A stretch of 64,000 bases of DNA from Octopus vulgaris. Taxonomy: Eukaryota. The notes below the pieces were generated by a model. It was not told where the DNA came from. It saw only the letters and a program-made list of their open reading frames with translations, and did no database searches. The position numbers and the translations under genes are program-made. Where the stretch lies: NCBI GenBank assembly GCA_951406725.2, contig OX597819.1, positions 78,492,001 through 78,556,000 on the forward strand, given 5' to 3'. This document shows positions 26,220 through 40,416 of the stretch, piece after piece (within the stretch, counting starts at the first letter, position 1; the number at the start of each line of letters is the position of its first letter).

Positions 26220-26980
26220 TGGCTCTATCAGTTATGATGATGTGGGTTCCAGTTGATCCGATCAATGAAACAGCCTGCTTATGAAATTAATGTGCAAGTG
26301 GCTGAGCACATCACAGACACGTGTACCCTTAATGTAGTTCTCAAGGAGAATCAGCATGACACAGAATGTGACAAGGCTGGCCTTTTGAATTACAGGTACT
26401 ACTCATTTTTACCAGCTGAGTGGACTGGAAGAACTCTTTTACTTGTTTCAGTCATTTTGACTGCGGCCATGCTGGAGCACCACTTTTAGTCGAGCAAATC
26501 GACCCCAGGACTTATTCTTTGTAAGACCAGTACTTATTCTATCGGTCTCTATTGCCGAACCGCCAAGTGACGGGGACGTAAACACACCAGCATCGGTTGT
26601 CAAGCAATGCTAGGGGGACAAACACAGACACACAAACACACACATGCATTACATATATATATATATGGGCCAATAATGGCCGAAAGTATCAAAGTATATA
26701 TACATATATATATATATCTATATATATATATATACGACAGGCTTCTTTCAGTTTCCGTCTACCAAATCCACTCACAAGGCATTGGTTGGCCCGGGGCTGT
26801 AGCAGAAGACACTTGCCCAAGATGCCACACAGTGGAACTGAACCTGGAACCATGTGGTTGGCTAGCCAGCTACTTACCATACAGCCACTCCTGCGTGAAA
26901 TAAAGTGTCTTGCTCAAGGACACAACACGCCGCCTAACGATCACAAGCCGAACACCCTAACCACTAAACCATGCACCTTA
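26220..26980 (-). mobile_element. Family B SINE split by a nested full-length family A SINE (26433-26894)
   Basis: gagtggactgga (ending ~26428) and cgtgaaataaagtgtcttgctcaagg (from ~26895) are contiguous in intact copies such as 19122-19165. Confidence 0.85.
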
Positions 26981-27707
26981 AACTATACATATGTGTGTGA
27001 GACTGATGGGAAAGAAACAGGCGGGGGCGGGGAATGAGATATATATTTACATATATTTACACATGTGTATATATTTTCCTCATTGCAAACAATTATGAGT
27101 TTATAAACAAAACTGTAAACAAGCTCCTGCCATTCACCCCCACCCCGACTCCGTACATGCACACCAACAACACCCTCCAACACACAAGTACATACACACG
27201 CACACATGCATGCATACATGCACGTACATATACATTACATATTCATACATATGCATGCACATACACCCAATAATCGTCCCACAACACCAACACCAACAAA
27301 GCAAAGAAGTAAGTATAAAACACTTCTTTAGCAAGTAAACAATAGCTGGCATTCAGTCAAAAAAGTGTTAAGGGAAGGGTGGAGGAGGAGGTGGGGGGCG
27401 AACGGCGGAGGGAGGAGAACGGAGGTGTCAGCAGGGAATGGTAGTGGAAGTAGTGGTTGGGTGTGGGTGAGTGGGTGGGGTTGTGATGATGGTGATGGTA
27501 GTGGTGGCGGTTCTTATTCCACCGGGGGGGGGGGGGGTGAGGGGGGTAGCAGAAAAGGTATAAATGACATAAAAGAGAAAAAAAGGAACAAGAGGATTGA
27601 CTGACAAGAAGCATTTCCCCCCCCAATTACATATTTGATACATACAGACACATACATGTGCATGCATACACACACATGCACACACACACACACACACACA
27701 CACACGT

Positions 27708-28037
27708 TCTTTTATTCTTTTACTTGTTTCAGTCATTTGACTGCAGCCATGCTTAAAAGTTTTTTTTTTTAAAGACGAAGAAATCAGCCTAGTCATTATT
27801 CTACCGGTCTCTTTCGCCGAACCACTAAGTTATGGAGATGTAAACACACCAACACCAGGTGTCAAGTGCTGATGGGGGTGGGGACAAACATAAACACACA
27901 CACACACACACACACATATATGCACGACAGGCTTCTTTGAGTTTTCATTGACCAAATTCACTCACAAGGCTTTGATTAACCCAAGGCTATTGTAGAAAAC
28001 ACTTGTACAAGGTGCCACGCAGTGGGACTGAACCCAG

Positions 28038-28084
<47 letters not shown>

Positions 28085-28235
28085 CACAGAAATGGCTCTG
28101 TGGTAAGAAGTTGCCTAACCACATGGTTCTGGGTTCAGTCCCACTGCAGGCAACTTGGGCAAGTGTCTTTTGCTAAACCTCTTGTTTCAACCAAAGAGTG
28201 GATTTTGGTGCTGGAAACTGAAAGAAGCCCGTCTC
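27708..28235. mobile_element. Two family A SINE pieces in inverted orientation around (TA)n
   Basis: Minus copy 27708-28040, plus head 28082-28235. Confidence 0.7.
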
Positions 28236-29997
28236 AAATATGTGTGAGTGTGTGTGTGAACATGTGTGTGCATGCATTTATGCGTGTACATATGTATGGT
28301 GTGGATTGAAAAGAAGTAGCGAGGGTAATGTTGGGGGTGGTAAAGAGAGAGAGAGGGAGAGAGGGAAACAGAAAGAGGGAAAGACGTGTGTGTGTGTGTG
28401 TGTGTATATATATACACACATACAAAGAAAGAGAGAGAGATTGTGTGTCTTGAAGTGTCCTGTCATCAGTTTACTTCATAGATTAGTGGCATGTCAGGAC
28501 ACTGATGTATCTTTGTAGGTCAGCATTTAGTTTATATTGGGGTGTGTGTGTATACACACACACACACACATGTATAGGCTCACTCATATACATGCGCCCA
28601 AATTCACTCAGCCGACTAGATATAAAGAAATACACACATGCACAAATATATTCATACATACATATATCTATATATATAGACAGATAATTAGATAGATACT
28701 AACATACATAAGAACACACACACACACACACATACATATATAGATAAGAACACACACATATGCATGTACATACATGCTCAAGCACGCATTATAACACAAA
28801 TATACAAATATACATGCAGCTGCACAGATATACAAGTATGCAGGTACATACAAGCATAGACACACATATATAGAAGCACACAAAAGCTTACAGCAGACAT
28901 ACAAAACAGGACAGGAAACTCAAATACAGACACTCACCCAAAGGCATCCAGAACTAAAAGACATAGTTTGTTCAACAGTCACACACAGACAAATGTCTTT
29001 GGCAAGAATAGTGATGTCTATGCTTTGGTGATGAGATCCATAAAATCAGAACATGTCCTGAATTATCCCCCTTGTGTTTCTTTTCCATAATATGTATTTG
29101 CTGATGCACTTGCAAGCACAAACACACAAACATGCATACATACACACATACAAACATGTATACACACATACACACACAAATAAACATGCATTACATATAT
29201 GCACCCACACAAACACGCATACATACACACACCCACACAAACATACAAAGCACAAATAGATACAGACACAGGTGTTCAGACATACATACATGAAGATTCA
29301 CAGATAAACATCCAGACAGAAACAAGCCTATATACACACACACAGAGGCACGCACGCACGCACACGTGCACACACACACACACACACACACGAACATGTG
29401 CACACACACACACAACAAAAGGTAGACTTGTTATACAGTATCAGACAAAATAGCCACCCCCTTGTAGTATTGTTCTTTGTGGCTCTTTACATTCCAAGTT
29501 CGAACCCTACTGAGGTCAGCTTTAGCTTTCATAACCTCCAGGGTCAATAAACTAAAGAAGCAGTTAATAAAAACGACAGTAAAACAAAATATGCTACCTC
29601 TCATGAGCCCCCTTGCCATACAATTAACGCAGCTGCCCCACCCACCCCCTGACTCCACAACCAATTACAGTACAAAAAGCAACAAAAAATCTATAAAAGA
29701 AAAAGAAAGAAAACCAGAGCAGTGGAGGATACAAACTGCCTCCACAACTTCCCGTTGACAAACAACCACTTAAGAGTCACCACTCAAAATAAACAAACAC
29801 ACATTGTTACAAGCTGGTTTGCACTAATGCGATTACACTAGAGATGGACAGTTGCAGCCGAGATGAAGAGATTGGGAGACGGTGGGGAGGGGGGAGGGAA
29901 AGTAAGAGCTTGTGTGTTGATTTCTATTTCATATGCTAATACCTGGATGCACAAAAATATGTAAACACCAGCATAGTATATATATATATATATATAG

Positions 29998-30190
29998 ATC
30001 GCCATGATAGATCGTTAGCTCCTACATACATTTTTTCTCTCCTTGTTTTTTTTCTGTGTATCTTTCCGTTGAAGAGCGTAGGCTCGAAACGTAAAAGACA
30101 TTTTCTATTTCTATTCCTGAGCGCTATACTAATACATTGTTTGTTTGTATTCCACCTGTCTTTTGTTAATTTTCGCAAACTTTCCCGTTA
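29998..30190 (+). mobile_element. Penelope-like pLTR relic with a hammerhead-like motif
   Basis: 30061-30098 reads TCTTT-CCGTTGA-A-GAGC-GTAG-GCTC-GAAA-CGTA-AAAGA. Downstream ctgagcgctatactaataca...ccacctgtc is homologous to 14608-14680. Flanked by (TA)n. Confidence 0.65.
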
Positions 30191-30209
30191 TATATATATA
30201 TATTTATAT

Positions 30210-30528
30210 ATATTATGTAAAATCTGTTCTCTGTGTGTGTGTGTGTGTGTCTTCTAGGATCTCGAGCATCCTCCATCCGATTGCGCTCAAATTTGATATG
30301 TAGATACCGACGGTATCAGGGTGTGTATAAGTCTTGAAAAAATTACAAAAAATCGATTCCAGGTGAGAATGCGATCGATGAAGCCATGGGAACATATTGT
30401 TCAGGTTAAATCAGTGTTTCTCAAAGAGGAGGCCTACGGGTCGGTCGGACAAGTTGTTTTGAGAAAATTTGGTTTAAATGTTTGACAACTCAGCACTGTC
30501 AATCGGACGGGGAGGGGATATTGATCGT
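30210..30528 (+). mobile_element. Possible non-autonomous Helitron
   Basis: 5' (TG)n, then catccgattgcgctcaaatttg, then a degenerate GC-rich 3' hairpin. Layout recalled from Helitron-N elements; ends not canonical. Confidence 0.35.
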
Positions 30529-30704
30529 ATATATATATATATATATATATATATGCATATATATATATTTAGTTTTATATTTGGTACCCTTCATTGATCA
30601 CAGCCACTGGTCTCTGGCTGGAGCAAGCAAAAGGTATATGTATTTGCACACACACATATATATCTATATCTATATAAATGTATATATATATACCCACATA
30701 TGTG

Positions 30705-30960
30705 AGGGTGTGTGGTCTAGTAGTTAGGCTGTTGCAGTTATAATAGCTAGATCGTGGGTTCGATTCTCTCATTGGATGGCACATTGTGTTCTTGAGTAAA
30801 ACACTTCATTTCATATTGCTTCTGTCCCACTTTTGATCAGGAGGGAATGTTGACCAGCTCACCCAAGCCAATGGGGTGGTGTCATTTGAAGGCTAAAACA
30901 ATGGAAAACACATTGTGCCCAGTGATGTGTAACAACATCTGACGGCCTAGTCAATCATGT
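30705..30960 (+). mobile_element. tRNA-headed SINE (family B-like head)
   Basis: gtggtctagtagttagg...gggttcgattc (A and B boxes), then gtgttcttgagtaaaacacttcattt. Confidence 0.65.
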
Positions 30961-31144
30961 GATATATATATATATATCATCATCATCATCATCATCGTTA
31001 TGCATATATAAGTGTAACTATAATTTACAAGTTAGGTATATCATAGACAAAGAAGAGAAAAACTACATGATCAAATAAAAATTTTACCATGGTCTTTTAA
31101 GGTGTAATGCCAGACAGTAGGGCATTGAAATAGAGTGTGTGTGT

Positions 31145-31195
<51 letters not shown>

Positions 31196-31450
31196 ATCAT
31201 CATCATCATTTAACATCCATCTTCCATGCATGCATAGGTAGGATGGTTGACAGGAGCCAGCTTGATAGAAAACTACCCTAGCCTACTATGTCTGTTTTGG
31301 CTGGGTTTTTATGGTTGGATGCCCTTCTAAATACCAACGTCTCTGCAGAATGGACAGGCAAGGTTAGTTTTGGGATGCTTTTACAGCTTGATGTGTTTCT
31401 GAGTACCAACCACTTTATGGTGTAGACTGAATGCTTTTTACTCATGTATA

Positions 31451-31491
<41 letters not shown>

Positions 31492-31519
31492 CCAAAAGTG
31501 TATATATGTATATATGAAA

Positions 31520-31695
31520 AAAAAAAATGGAACAAGAATGTAACAGGCAACAACAAAACATCCAAACAGACAATACAAAAAAGGACAGGATAAAAAACAA
31601 GGAGGGGTCATTTGGAGTCTTCTATCGTCAGTTGTGTTCCCAGGGAACTGTCTGGATGCTTTGGTGTCATTTGTTACATTCTTGTTCCATTTTTT
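31520..31695. repeat. Foldback element with ~48-bp inverted ends, related to 54630-54893 and 57005-57155
   Basis: aaaaaatggaacaagaatgtaaca...catccaaacag versus ctgtctggatg...tgttacattcttgttccatttttt. Confidence 0.7.
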
Positions 31696-31702
31696 GTTTT
31701 GT

Positions 31703-31754
<52 letters not shown>

Positions 31755-32756
31755 TGTGTGTTTATTCGTTTTGCAAGATTCTTGATGTGAAATCGTGTGT
31801 TGAAACAGATATTGTTATATTTGGAGGTGGTCATGTAGCCAGTTTAACCAATAAAACACATGCACTATATATTTGGTGTTAATTTGCTTCAGCTTTATTT
31901 TTTACATTAATCATATTTCAGACACTGTTCTTTCGTCACGCTTCTGTGACCTCATCAGTGGTCCTTACTTACTGTACAAAATTCCCCCATAAATAGCACA
32001 AGGTTTGTTTTGTCAGATTTTGCAACTCTGGGCCAGATGTTTCTACCCTCCTTAATGTTTGTTCTTGCTGCACCAATTGTCACCTCTCTTGCAGCTCTTG
32101 TGTTGCAGGGGAAGGGACTGAAATACCTCCAGGGCTGTTTCATTGCCTTGATAGGACATGGAATCCTACATTTAGAGACAAAGCACAGCATCACCCTGAG
32201 CATACAAGTGTTTACCTTAAATGATGATAAATCAAAGAGAAAAGAAAAACAGGACATTGTCATAGTTGGAGACTTTCTTTACTTAGTCTATCCACCCACG
32301 ACTTGTGATTATGATGATGATGAGGAGGATAGTGATGATGATCACTGCCTACCACTGCTAACCTGATGCCACCTCATGTCCCATCTTCCAATGTCACATA
32401 AGGCTTCAAGCTACCACCACCACCACCACCACTGTCACCGCCACCACCAGCTATACAAGATGGGGAGATCAGGTATAGCAAACAAACAACTACCACCACA
32501 CCCTACCAGGATACCAAACTTCTCTGTCCTTCCCCCAACACTTTTACCTGAGCCAATTTACCCCCCACCTCCAACTCACTAACATTTACCATTACTCACA
32601 TACCACCCTAGTTATACTACCTATGCTACTAACACCAACACAACTAAACACAGCTTACGCCACCACCACCAGCATCATCACCACCACCACCACCACCACA
32701 AAATCAACAGCAGCATCAACACCATCACCACTGCTGCCACCACAATGGTGATGATG

Positions 32757-32797
<41 letters not shown>

Positions 32798-34347
32798 AAG
32801 ACTAATAGGACAACACCAAGGATGACAACAACAACAACAACTGGGGGTGTATGGGTAGAGTGTAAGGGTACGTCAACACCTATCCTATCCAACACCACCC
32901 ATCAGTCTGTCAGCATAGACAATGACAGATTGTTAAAATGAATCCCAATATTTTAGGAGACAGACAAAGCAAGGTGTTGGGGAGAGAAGGGGAGAGAGAT
33001 AAAGGGAGGGAGAGAGAGAAAGAGAGATAAAGGCAGAGCGAGAGAGAGAAGAGAGAGAGAGGGGGATAGAGAGAAAGAGAGCCGGTGTGGATGACATGAA
33101 GATAAGGTTGAGTCTGTTTGTAAGGGACAATAAAGGAGAGGGTGGAGGAGGTGTTAAACCAGAAATAGATGCTATATGTGTGTGTATATATATATATATA
33201 TATACATACATGCATATAAACACATACACACATAATAAGCATAAATATATACATGTATATATAAATGTTTGTGTTTATATATATATCTACCTATTATATA
33301 TAGTGCGTAAGGTTGTATACACACACACACACACAAACATTATAAGGATATTTACATATTCATGTGTGTATATATGTATATCTATGAATATGTTATATAT
33401 AGTGTGTATGTATGTATATATGTATGTATGTGTGTGTGTGTGCGTGTATATATATATATATATATACATATATGCACACATACATATATTTATACATGTG
33501 AAAGAGTGAGTGCGAGTGTGTATGTGTGTGCATATATGTACACACATACAAACATACTTAAAAAAATACATACATACATACATAGAGAGGGAGGAGGGAG
33601 AGACAGAGTTAGAGTAGGGGAGAGATAGAGAGAGGGGGAGAGAGAGTGTGGTGGCGTGAGATACAAGGCATTCTGAATACAAGCAAGGATGTATGATTAC
33701 TACTAAGGATCAAATGCCGGTGGCATTTGTGACATAACTAGAATAGTTTCTACCCAGTGAAACCAGACTCCATGTCCCCCACCCACACCCATTTCCCTCA
33801 TCAATATGACAACACGAGCCAAGCTTATTATATAGCAAAGCATGGTCTGTTTTGCACCACACATCCTACAACAGGCAAGCAAGCTCTCTCTAGTACATGT
33901 CACATACTATATTTACTCTAAACAGTCCTATACAGACCAGTGGCAGCAGCAGCAGCAGGATAACTCACAACATGTATGCCAGTCCCACAACATGTCATCA
34001 ACATCATCATCATCATCATCATCGTCATCACTATCTAACAATACTCATTATACAACTGGAGCCAACACATTGTCTTGTTACACACTCTCTACAGTGTGGC
34101 TACTAAACAATAAACTGCTGTGTTGCATTAGAACACACATACACACACACACATGGCTGTGTTGAGCACTGTCTTGAAGGATTCCAGTCAAAGAAATCGA
34201 TCTCAGGACTTATTGTTTGTAAGCCTGGTACCTATTCGATCAGTCTGTTTTGCTGAATCACTAAGTTATGGTGATGTAAACACACCAGCATCAATTGTCA
34301 AGCAACGGTGGGGGTACCAACACAGACACAAAGACACACACAAACAA

Positions 34348-34657
34348 AGTCTAAAATCAAAAGGCTTAGAGTTAACCTTGCAAAAACCAAAGCGATAGTA
34401 TGTAAGAAGGCAGACAAATCACAAATCCCTTCAGGTAGATGGCCCTGCTCAATCTGTAGAAAAAGGTGTAGGAAGAAACTCCATAAGATGCACCCAGTGT
34501 AAACTTTGGATACATAAAAGGTGCAGCATCAGAGGGAGGATAACAGGGAAAGTAACTTTTGTATGTGAAAGGTGCACAAGTACAATAAACACTGAAAATG
34601 CACAGAAAATAAACTCCATCAACTGCCAGTGGGGCAAGCTAGATGTAGTAGATAGCT
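34348..34657 (+). pseudogene. LINE (RTE-like) ORF2 fragment: end of RT with an embedded C4HC3 PHD-type zinc finger
   Basis: Frameshifted translation LRVNLAKTKAIVCKKADKSQIPSGRWPCSICRK/GVGRNSIRCTQCKLWIHKRCSIRGRITGKVTFVCERC...KLDVVDS. The L.vN..KTK and L.vV.sF motifs of non-LTR RT flank the finger. Confidence 0.8.
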
Positions 34658-35094
34658 AGTTTCTCAACAGTTATGATAGGGTTTGCAGGATACCCTTATT
34701 AAGCTCTACAGATCTTCTAGGATGAGGCCCATCTTCTAGGCTGTTGTTTCTGGCACGCAATTTCTGGAACCACTATTGACACTGGCTGACACTGTCCAAT
34801 CCTCATATACTGCATTAATATTCCTCACAATTTCCATTACGTTGTTGCCTTTATTAAACTCATAAAGCAAAATATGCCCAATTAAACACCTTAGTCACTT
34901 CCATTATAGCTTTGAAAAAATAACTGTTAAAACTGAACTGTGCTCTTCAAAAACTTACACTAAGAATATGAATAAGAATAAGGTAAAATTACTACCTGCT
35001 TTTATAGCAAGTTGATGCAGGTAGTTTATCCTGTTCCCCTCTGACTTTAGTTCATGCAATTGAAAAAAAAACACATTATTTATGGGATGATTCA

Positions 35095-35095
<1 letters not shown>
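34656..35095 (-). pseudogene. 5' third of the same mariner family as 61256-62467
   Basis: Reverse complement aligns by eye to 61256-61716, including TIR catcccataaataatg and an intact ATG GAA GTG ACT AAG. Confidence 0.85.
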
Positions 35096-35141
<46 letters not shown>

Positions 35142-35277
35142 GACACACACACATATACACACATATGTATGTGTACATATAGACATACCTATATATATGT
35201 ATATATATACACACACACACATTTGTATGCATACATACATACACACACACACACAAATATGTATATATATATCATAA

Positions 35278-35445
35278 TAGGACAATTACCCCCACCACAG
35301 GGAAATATCCACCCCCTCCGATGACAACAACCTCCTAGGATAATCACCCGCTTCGGTTAACTGCTCTCTCTCCAATATATTAAGAAGTTTTAAATCGTCA
35401 TCTGTTGTCCTTAGGGGTAATTGTCCCTGGTGGGTTATTGTCCTA
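35278..35445. mobile_element. Small foldback MITE with repeated ggacaattaccc motifs
   Basis: taggacaattacccc and ggataatcaccc on the left; gggtaattgtccc and gggttattgtccta on the right. Confidence 0.55.
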
Positions 35446-36209
35446 GGCTCATATAGGTATACATACATAGATACATACATACCTACATACACACATAGAT
35501 ACATACATACATACCTACATAGATACATACATACATACCTACATAGATACATACATACATACATAGATACATACATACATACCTACATAGATACATACAT
35601 AGGTACATACATACATACATACACACACATATACATACACATACACGAAAGAGAATTATTTGATTGTGCATGTGTGCATACATACACATATATATTGAAA
35701 TAGAGAGGTGAGAGTGGGGAAGAGAGAGAGAGATAGATAGATAGAGAGTGACATATAGAAACCTTGTAAAATCTAATTCAACTGTATTTGTGTGGGTAAT
35801 GGCTATAAAACACAACATGACCCTGACACTTCACTGCCTGACTTGGCCCAACCTCTCACATCTGCATCTCCACCCTCATCTACCAGGCAGTGGTGTTTAC
35901 AATAACAGAGAGTGTGTGAAGAGTGGGGAAACACACACACACACACACACAAGCATGCATGCACACACACACATGCATGTGAACACATCTATGATTTATT
36001 GGTTCCTCCGGGTGAAGTCAGGTAAAGGCTGCTGAAAAAAAGGGGGCAAAAAGAGAAAAATGCTGAACTGTATTCTAGGGGTCAATATTGTAGTCACCCA
36101 CAAGACGTACAAAATGTTCAGTTGAGAGAAAGGAGCTGGAGTAGTAGAGAACCTCTAACCACTAAAACTAAAGACAGAGGTATTAAGGGTTGGGCTGGGA
36201 GTCAGTTTG

Positions 36210-36432
36210 GGTGTGCATGGCTTAGTGGTTAGGGCGTTGGACTAATGACTATAAGACTGTGGTTTCAATTCCTGGCCTGGGTGATGCATTGGGTTCTTGA
36301 GCAAAACATTTCATTTCATGGTGCTCCAGTTCACTCAGCTGGCAGAAATGAGTAATCCTATGATGGTCTCTGGTGTCTTGTCCAGTGAGAAATATATATG
36401 CCAGGGACACTGGGAAACCGATCCTTAGCTCT
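36210..36432 (+). mobile_element. SINE family B, CpG-decayed
   Basis: gtgcatggcttagtggttaggg...ggtttcaattcc...ttcttgagcaaaaca. Confidence 0.75.
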
Positions 36433-36777
36433 CTATGGAGTAAGGTGAACAAACCAGGAAGTCAATGAGAGCATGTAGCAATAGGAACTGAAGGAAAGAA
36501 ACACTTCTATAGAAAAGCCAGCATTAGTGGAATAATATCAAGGAAATAGGTGTAGCATGGTACAGCAGCTGAAACTAGTTCAAGATGGCTATGATTAATA
36601 AGAGATTGCAAATGGAACCCTTCCGTAGATGAAGGCTAGTTCAGTCCTAACTGCCCCACTCAGGTGAAGTGTACAGGTTAAAGGACAAAACACTTGTAGC
36701 TCTGAGATATATGCTGACTATAGAGAAGTGCTTCTAGCATTGCAGTGGATTTAGAAGAGCTACACACACACATGTAT

Positions 36778-36846
<69 letters not shown>

Positions 36847-37344
36847 ACAAGTTATAGACAATGGTCATTTCATATTTATCCTTTATTACAGCAAGTTTGG
36901 CCCACATCTGTTTCCAATAGACATTATAGGTACATTACTAATAGTTTTATTCAAGCAGTCTATGGATCAGTTGAGAAAAATTGACCGACCTAAAAAAATT
37001 AATGCTAATTTCATCAGCCATTTCTGGTATTAACCCATATACATGGCTATGTGGTTAGAGTGTTGGGCTCACAATCAGGAGATAGTAAGTTTGATTCCCG
37101 GATCGGGCTGAATGCTGTATTCATGAGAAGATACTCTATTTTACTTTGTTCCAGCTCACTTAGCCTTAGAAATGAGTTGTGATGTCACTGGTTCTTGGAT
37201 AACATCAGTGGCATGGAGAGGGGCAGTTGGAATGCAAGGGCAAGTGCTGGTCTTCCATAAACAAATTTACCTGAAATTGTGCCTTGGAGGAGAACTTTCT
37301 GTGCAATCCCATGGTCATTAATGACTGAAGGAGACCTTTACCCT

Positions 37345-37578
37345 TAGGTGTGGCCGCTGCCAGTATCGCCTGACTGGCCCTCGTGCCAGTGGCACGTAAA
37401 AGCACCCACTACACTCTCGGAGTGGTTGGTGTTAGGAAGAGCATCCAGCCGTAGAAACTCTGCCAGATCAGATTGGAGTCTGGCGCAGCCATCTGGTTCG
37501 CCGGGCCTCAGTGAAATCGTCTAACCCATGCTAGCATGGAAAGCGGACGTTAAACGATGATGATGATGATGATGATAA
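37345..37578 (+). mobile_element. Family C element, longest copy in the window, (GAT)n tail
   Basis: ...ggcacgtaaaagcacccactacactctcggagtggttgg...cccatgctagcatggaaagcggacgttaaac(gat)n. About 10 shorter 3' copies lie elsewhere. Confidence 0.8.
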
Positions 37579-38081
37579 TATAAGTAGAAGAGACAACAGG
37601 GACAGAGAAAAGGGAAGGATGGTTGGGTAAGTTTGCAAGTATATTAATGCAAAAGGTACTATAAAGATACTTTGCACAGTATAATTAAGATCCAACAAAT
37701 TTTGTTCCGCTTTCCAAATAGATGTTGTCATATCTCCAACTGATTCTATTTACTTGGAATTTCTCACTTGCATCATAAATGCTTGTCATTAACAAAAAAT
37801 TTCATTTATAAATTAAGATATGTATGGGAATCACTTGTAATTGTGTGTGTGCATGGGTGTATTTATGCATATATTTGTAAGAATGTTATTGTGTATGTAT
37901 GAGTGTGTATGTATATGTATGCATGTATATATGGTTGTGTGTATATAAATATATCTATATATGTATGTATGCATATATATGAGTGTGGATATATGTATGT
38001 AAGTGTGTGTATAAATATATATATATATATACATACATATACATATATGTATGCATATATATATGAGTGTGTATATTTGTA

Positions 38082-38126
<45 letters not shown>

Positions 38127-38210
38127 CATATATACTTAAAGAGAGCAAAAGAGAGATATATCTTTATTCTTAGATTTTGAATACATTTTTTAAAACTATC
38201 CTGTGTCTTA

Positions 38211-38274
<64 letters not shown>

Positions 38275-38393
38275 ATATATATGAAGATTATTGATTTGAA
38301 TGGACAAATTATCTGATTATATTTTCATTCTGCTATATCATAGATGCATACATACATGAATGTATATATGCAAATGTGTATGTGCATGTGCAC

Positions 38394-38429
<36 letters not shown>

Positions 38430-39070
38430 ATTCTGTGTATGTGCATGTGCACATGTATATATATATATATATATATGTGTGTATTCATATATATACATAC
38501 ATACATATATATATTCATGTACGAATTTATGTATCTGTATGCATGTATATATGAGAGAGAGGTAGAAAGAAAACATATATTCATGTATGTATATATACAT
38601 ATATATATGTATGTACGTACGTATGTATATATTCATGTATGTACTTATACACTTGTATATAAGCATATATGTGATAGAGAGAGATGGAGAAGGGAAACAT
38701 ATTAACCTCCAATTACTCTGTTCGGTTTCTTTGTGTATTAAATATTCACATATGTAATTTCTTTCCTTAATTTTTTTATTCTACCATTTTGTTCCTTTTG
38801 TTAAATTGTACAATGTATATATGCCTCAGAGCTTCTCTAGCATAGATGCATGCATACAAATGCATGTGAGCACGTATCTGTGTATGCACGTATAATATAT
38901 CTATGTACGTATGCATGTATGGTAGTGTGTATGTATGTATGCATGTATGTATGTATGATAGATTGTGCATATCTGTTATATAGACGTATGGAAGGTAGAT
39001 TATATTGTTAAAATTATACAAAAATTATTTCGGATTAAATATTTCAAGTCGCATCTGTATGTGTGTGTGT

Positions 39071-39112
<42 letters not shown>

Positions 39113-39129
39113 TGTGTGTGTGTGCTCGG

Positions 39130-39625
39130 ATATGTACATATGTTCAATTTACATATTTGATAAAAAAGTGATGCTTGCCATTTTAACATAAACAGATGTG
39201 TATATGTGTGTGTGTGTGTGCTTGTATGTATGTATGCTCATGTGCATGTGTGTGTATGTGTGTGTCCTCATGTCTGTGTGTGTATGTGTATTTGAGTGTG
39301 TATGTGTGTATATATGTAGATTGTATATGTGTGTGAGTGTGTGTAAGTGTTTTTGTATATGTACATGTCTATGTGTGTGTGTATGTGTGTAAGTATGTGT
39401 GTGTGAATGTGTATGTGTGTATATGTGTAGATTGTACATGTATGTGAGTGTGTGTTAGTGTTTTTGTATATGTACATGTCTGTGTGTGTGTATGTGTGTG
39501 TGAATGTGTATGTGTGTATATGTGTAGATGATTGTGTGTGAGTGTGTGTTTGTGTTTTTGTATATGTACATATGTTCAATTTACATATTTGATAAAAAGT
39601 CGTGTATTTTAACATAAACCAGTGC
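39130..39625. repeat. Compound minisatellite and local duplication
   Basis: atatgtacatatgttcaatttacatatttgataaaaa at ~39130 and ~39562, with three ~105-115-bp (TG)-rich units between. Confidence 0.7.
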
Positions 39626-40216
39626 CATGTGGAGGTGTGTGTGTGTGTGTGTGTGTGAGTGTGTGTGTGTGAGAGAGAGAGAGTGTGTGTGTGTGTGAGA
39701 GAGAGAATCTGTCCGTGTTTGCCATTCATGTACTGATATAGAGATTATCATTAGAATGTGCATATTTTTTATGCACCGGCAGAAACCTATAATAGTATAC
39801 AAGTTAGATATGTGCATGCATGTATATATGTATGTATGCGTGTGTGAGTGTGTATGAACGTGTGTACGTATGTATGTATGTATGAGTGTGTGTATGTATA
39901 TGCATATATGTATGTATATATACGTATGTATATAAATATGTACGTATGAATATGATGTGTGTGTATATATGCGTGTGTTTGTGTCTACGAGCGCGTGCAT
40001 GTATGCATGTTACAAAGATTGCATATACATTACATGTGTACATGTGTTTTGTATATAAAAGTTTTTAAAATAGCAGAAACGTTAATATGTAAATTACGAT
40101 ATACAAGTATATAGGACACACATAAATTGCTTCAAGAAGATATAGGCAAAACACACACACACAGAGGAGCATAGTTACATACTCATATCCTTGTACACAT
40201 ACACACATCATATATT

Positions 40217-40268
<52 letters not shown>

Positions 40269-40416
40269 TGTATCTATATATGTCTATACACACGCACATC
40301 ATTCATAAATCATACATGTTTATAATATCACACGAGGAAATACAATACAATGAATACCAAAATATTCACAAATGCTTATTATAATATTAAAGTTATAATT
40401 ATTACACTGTATTAAT

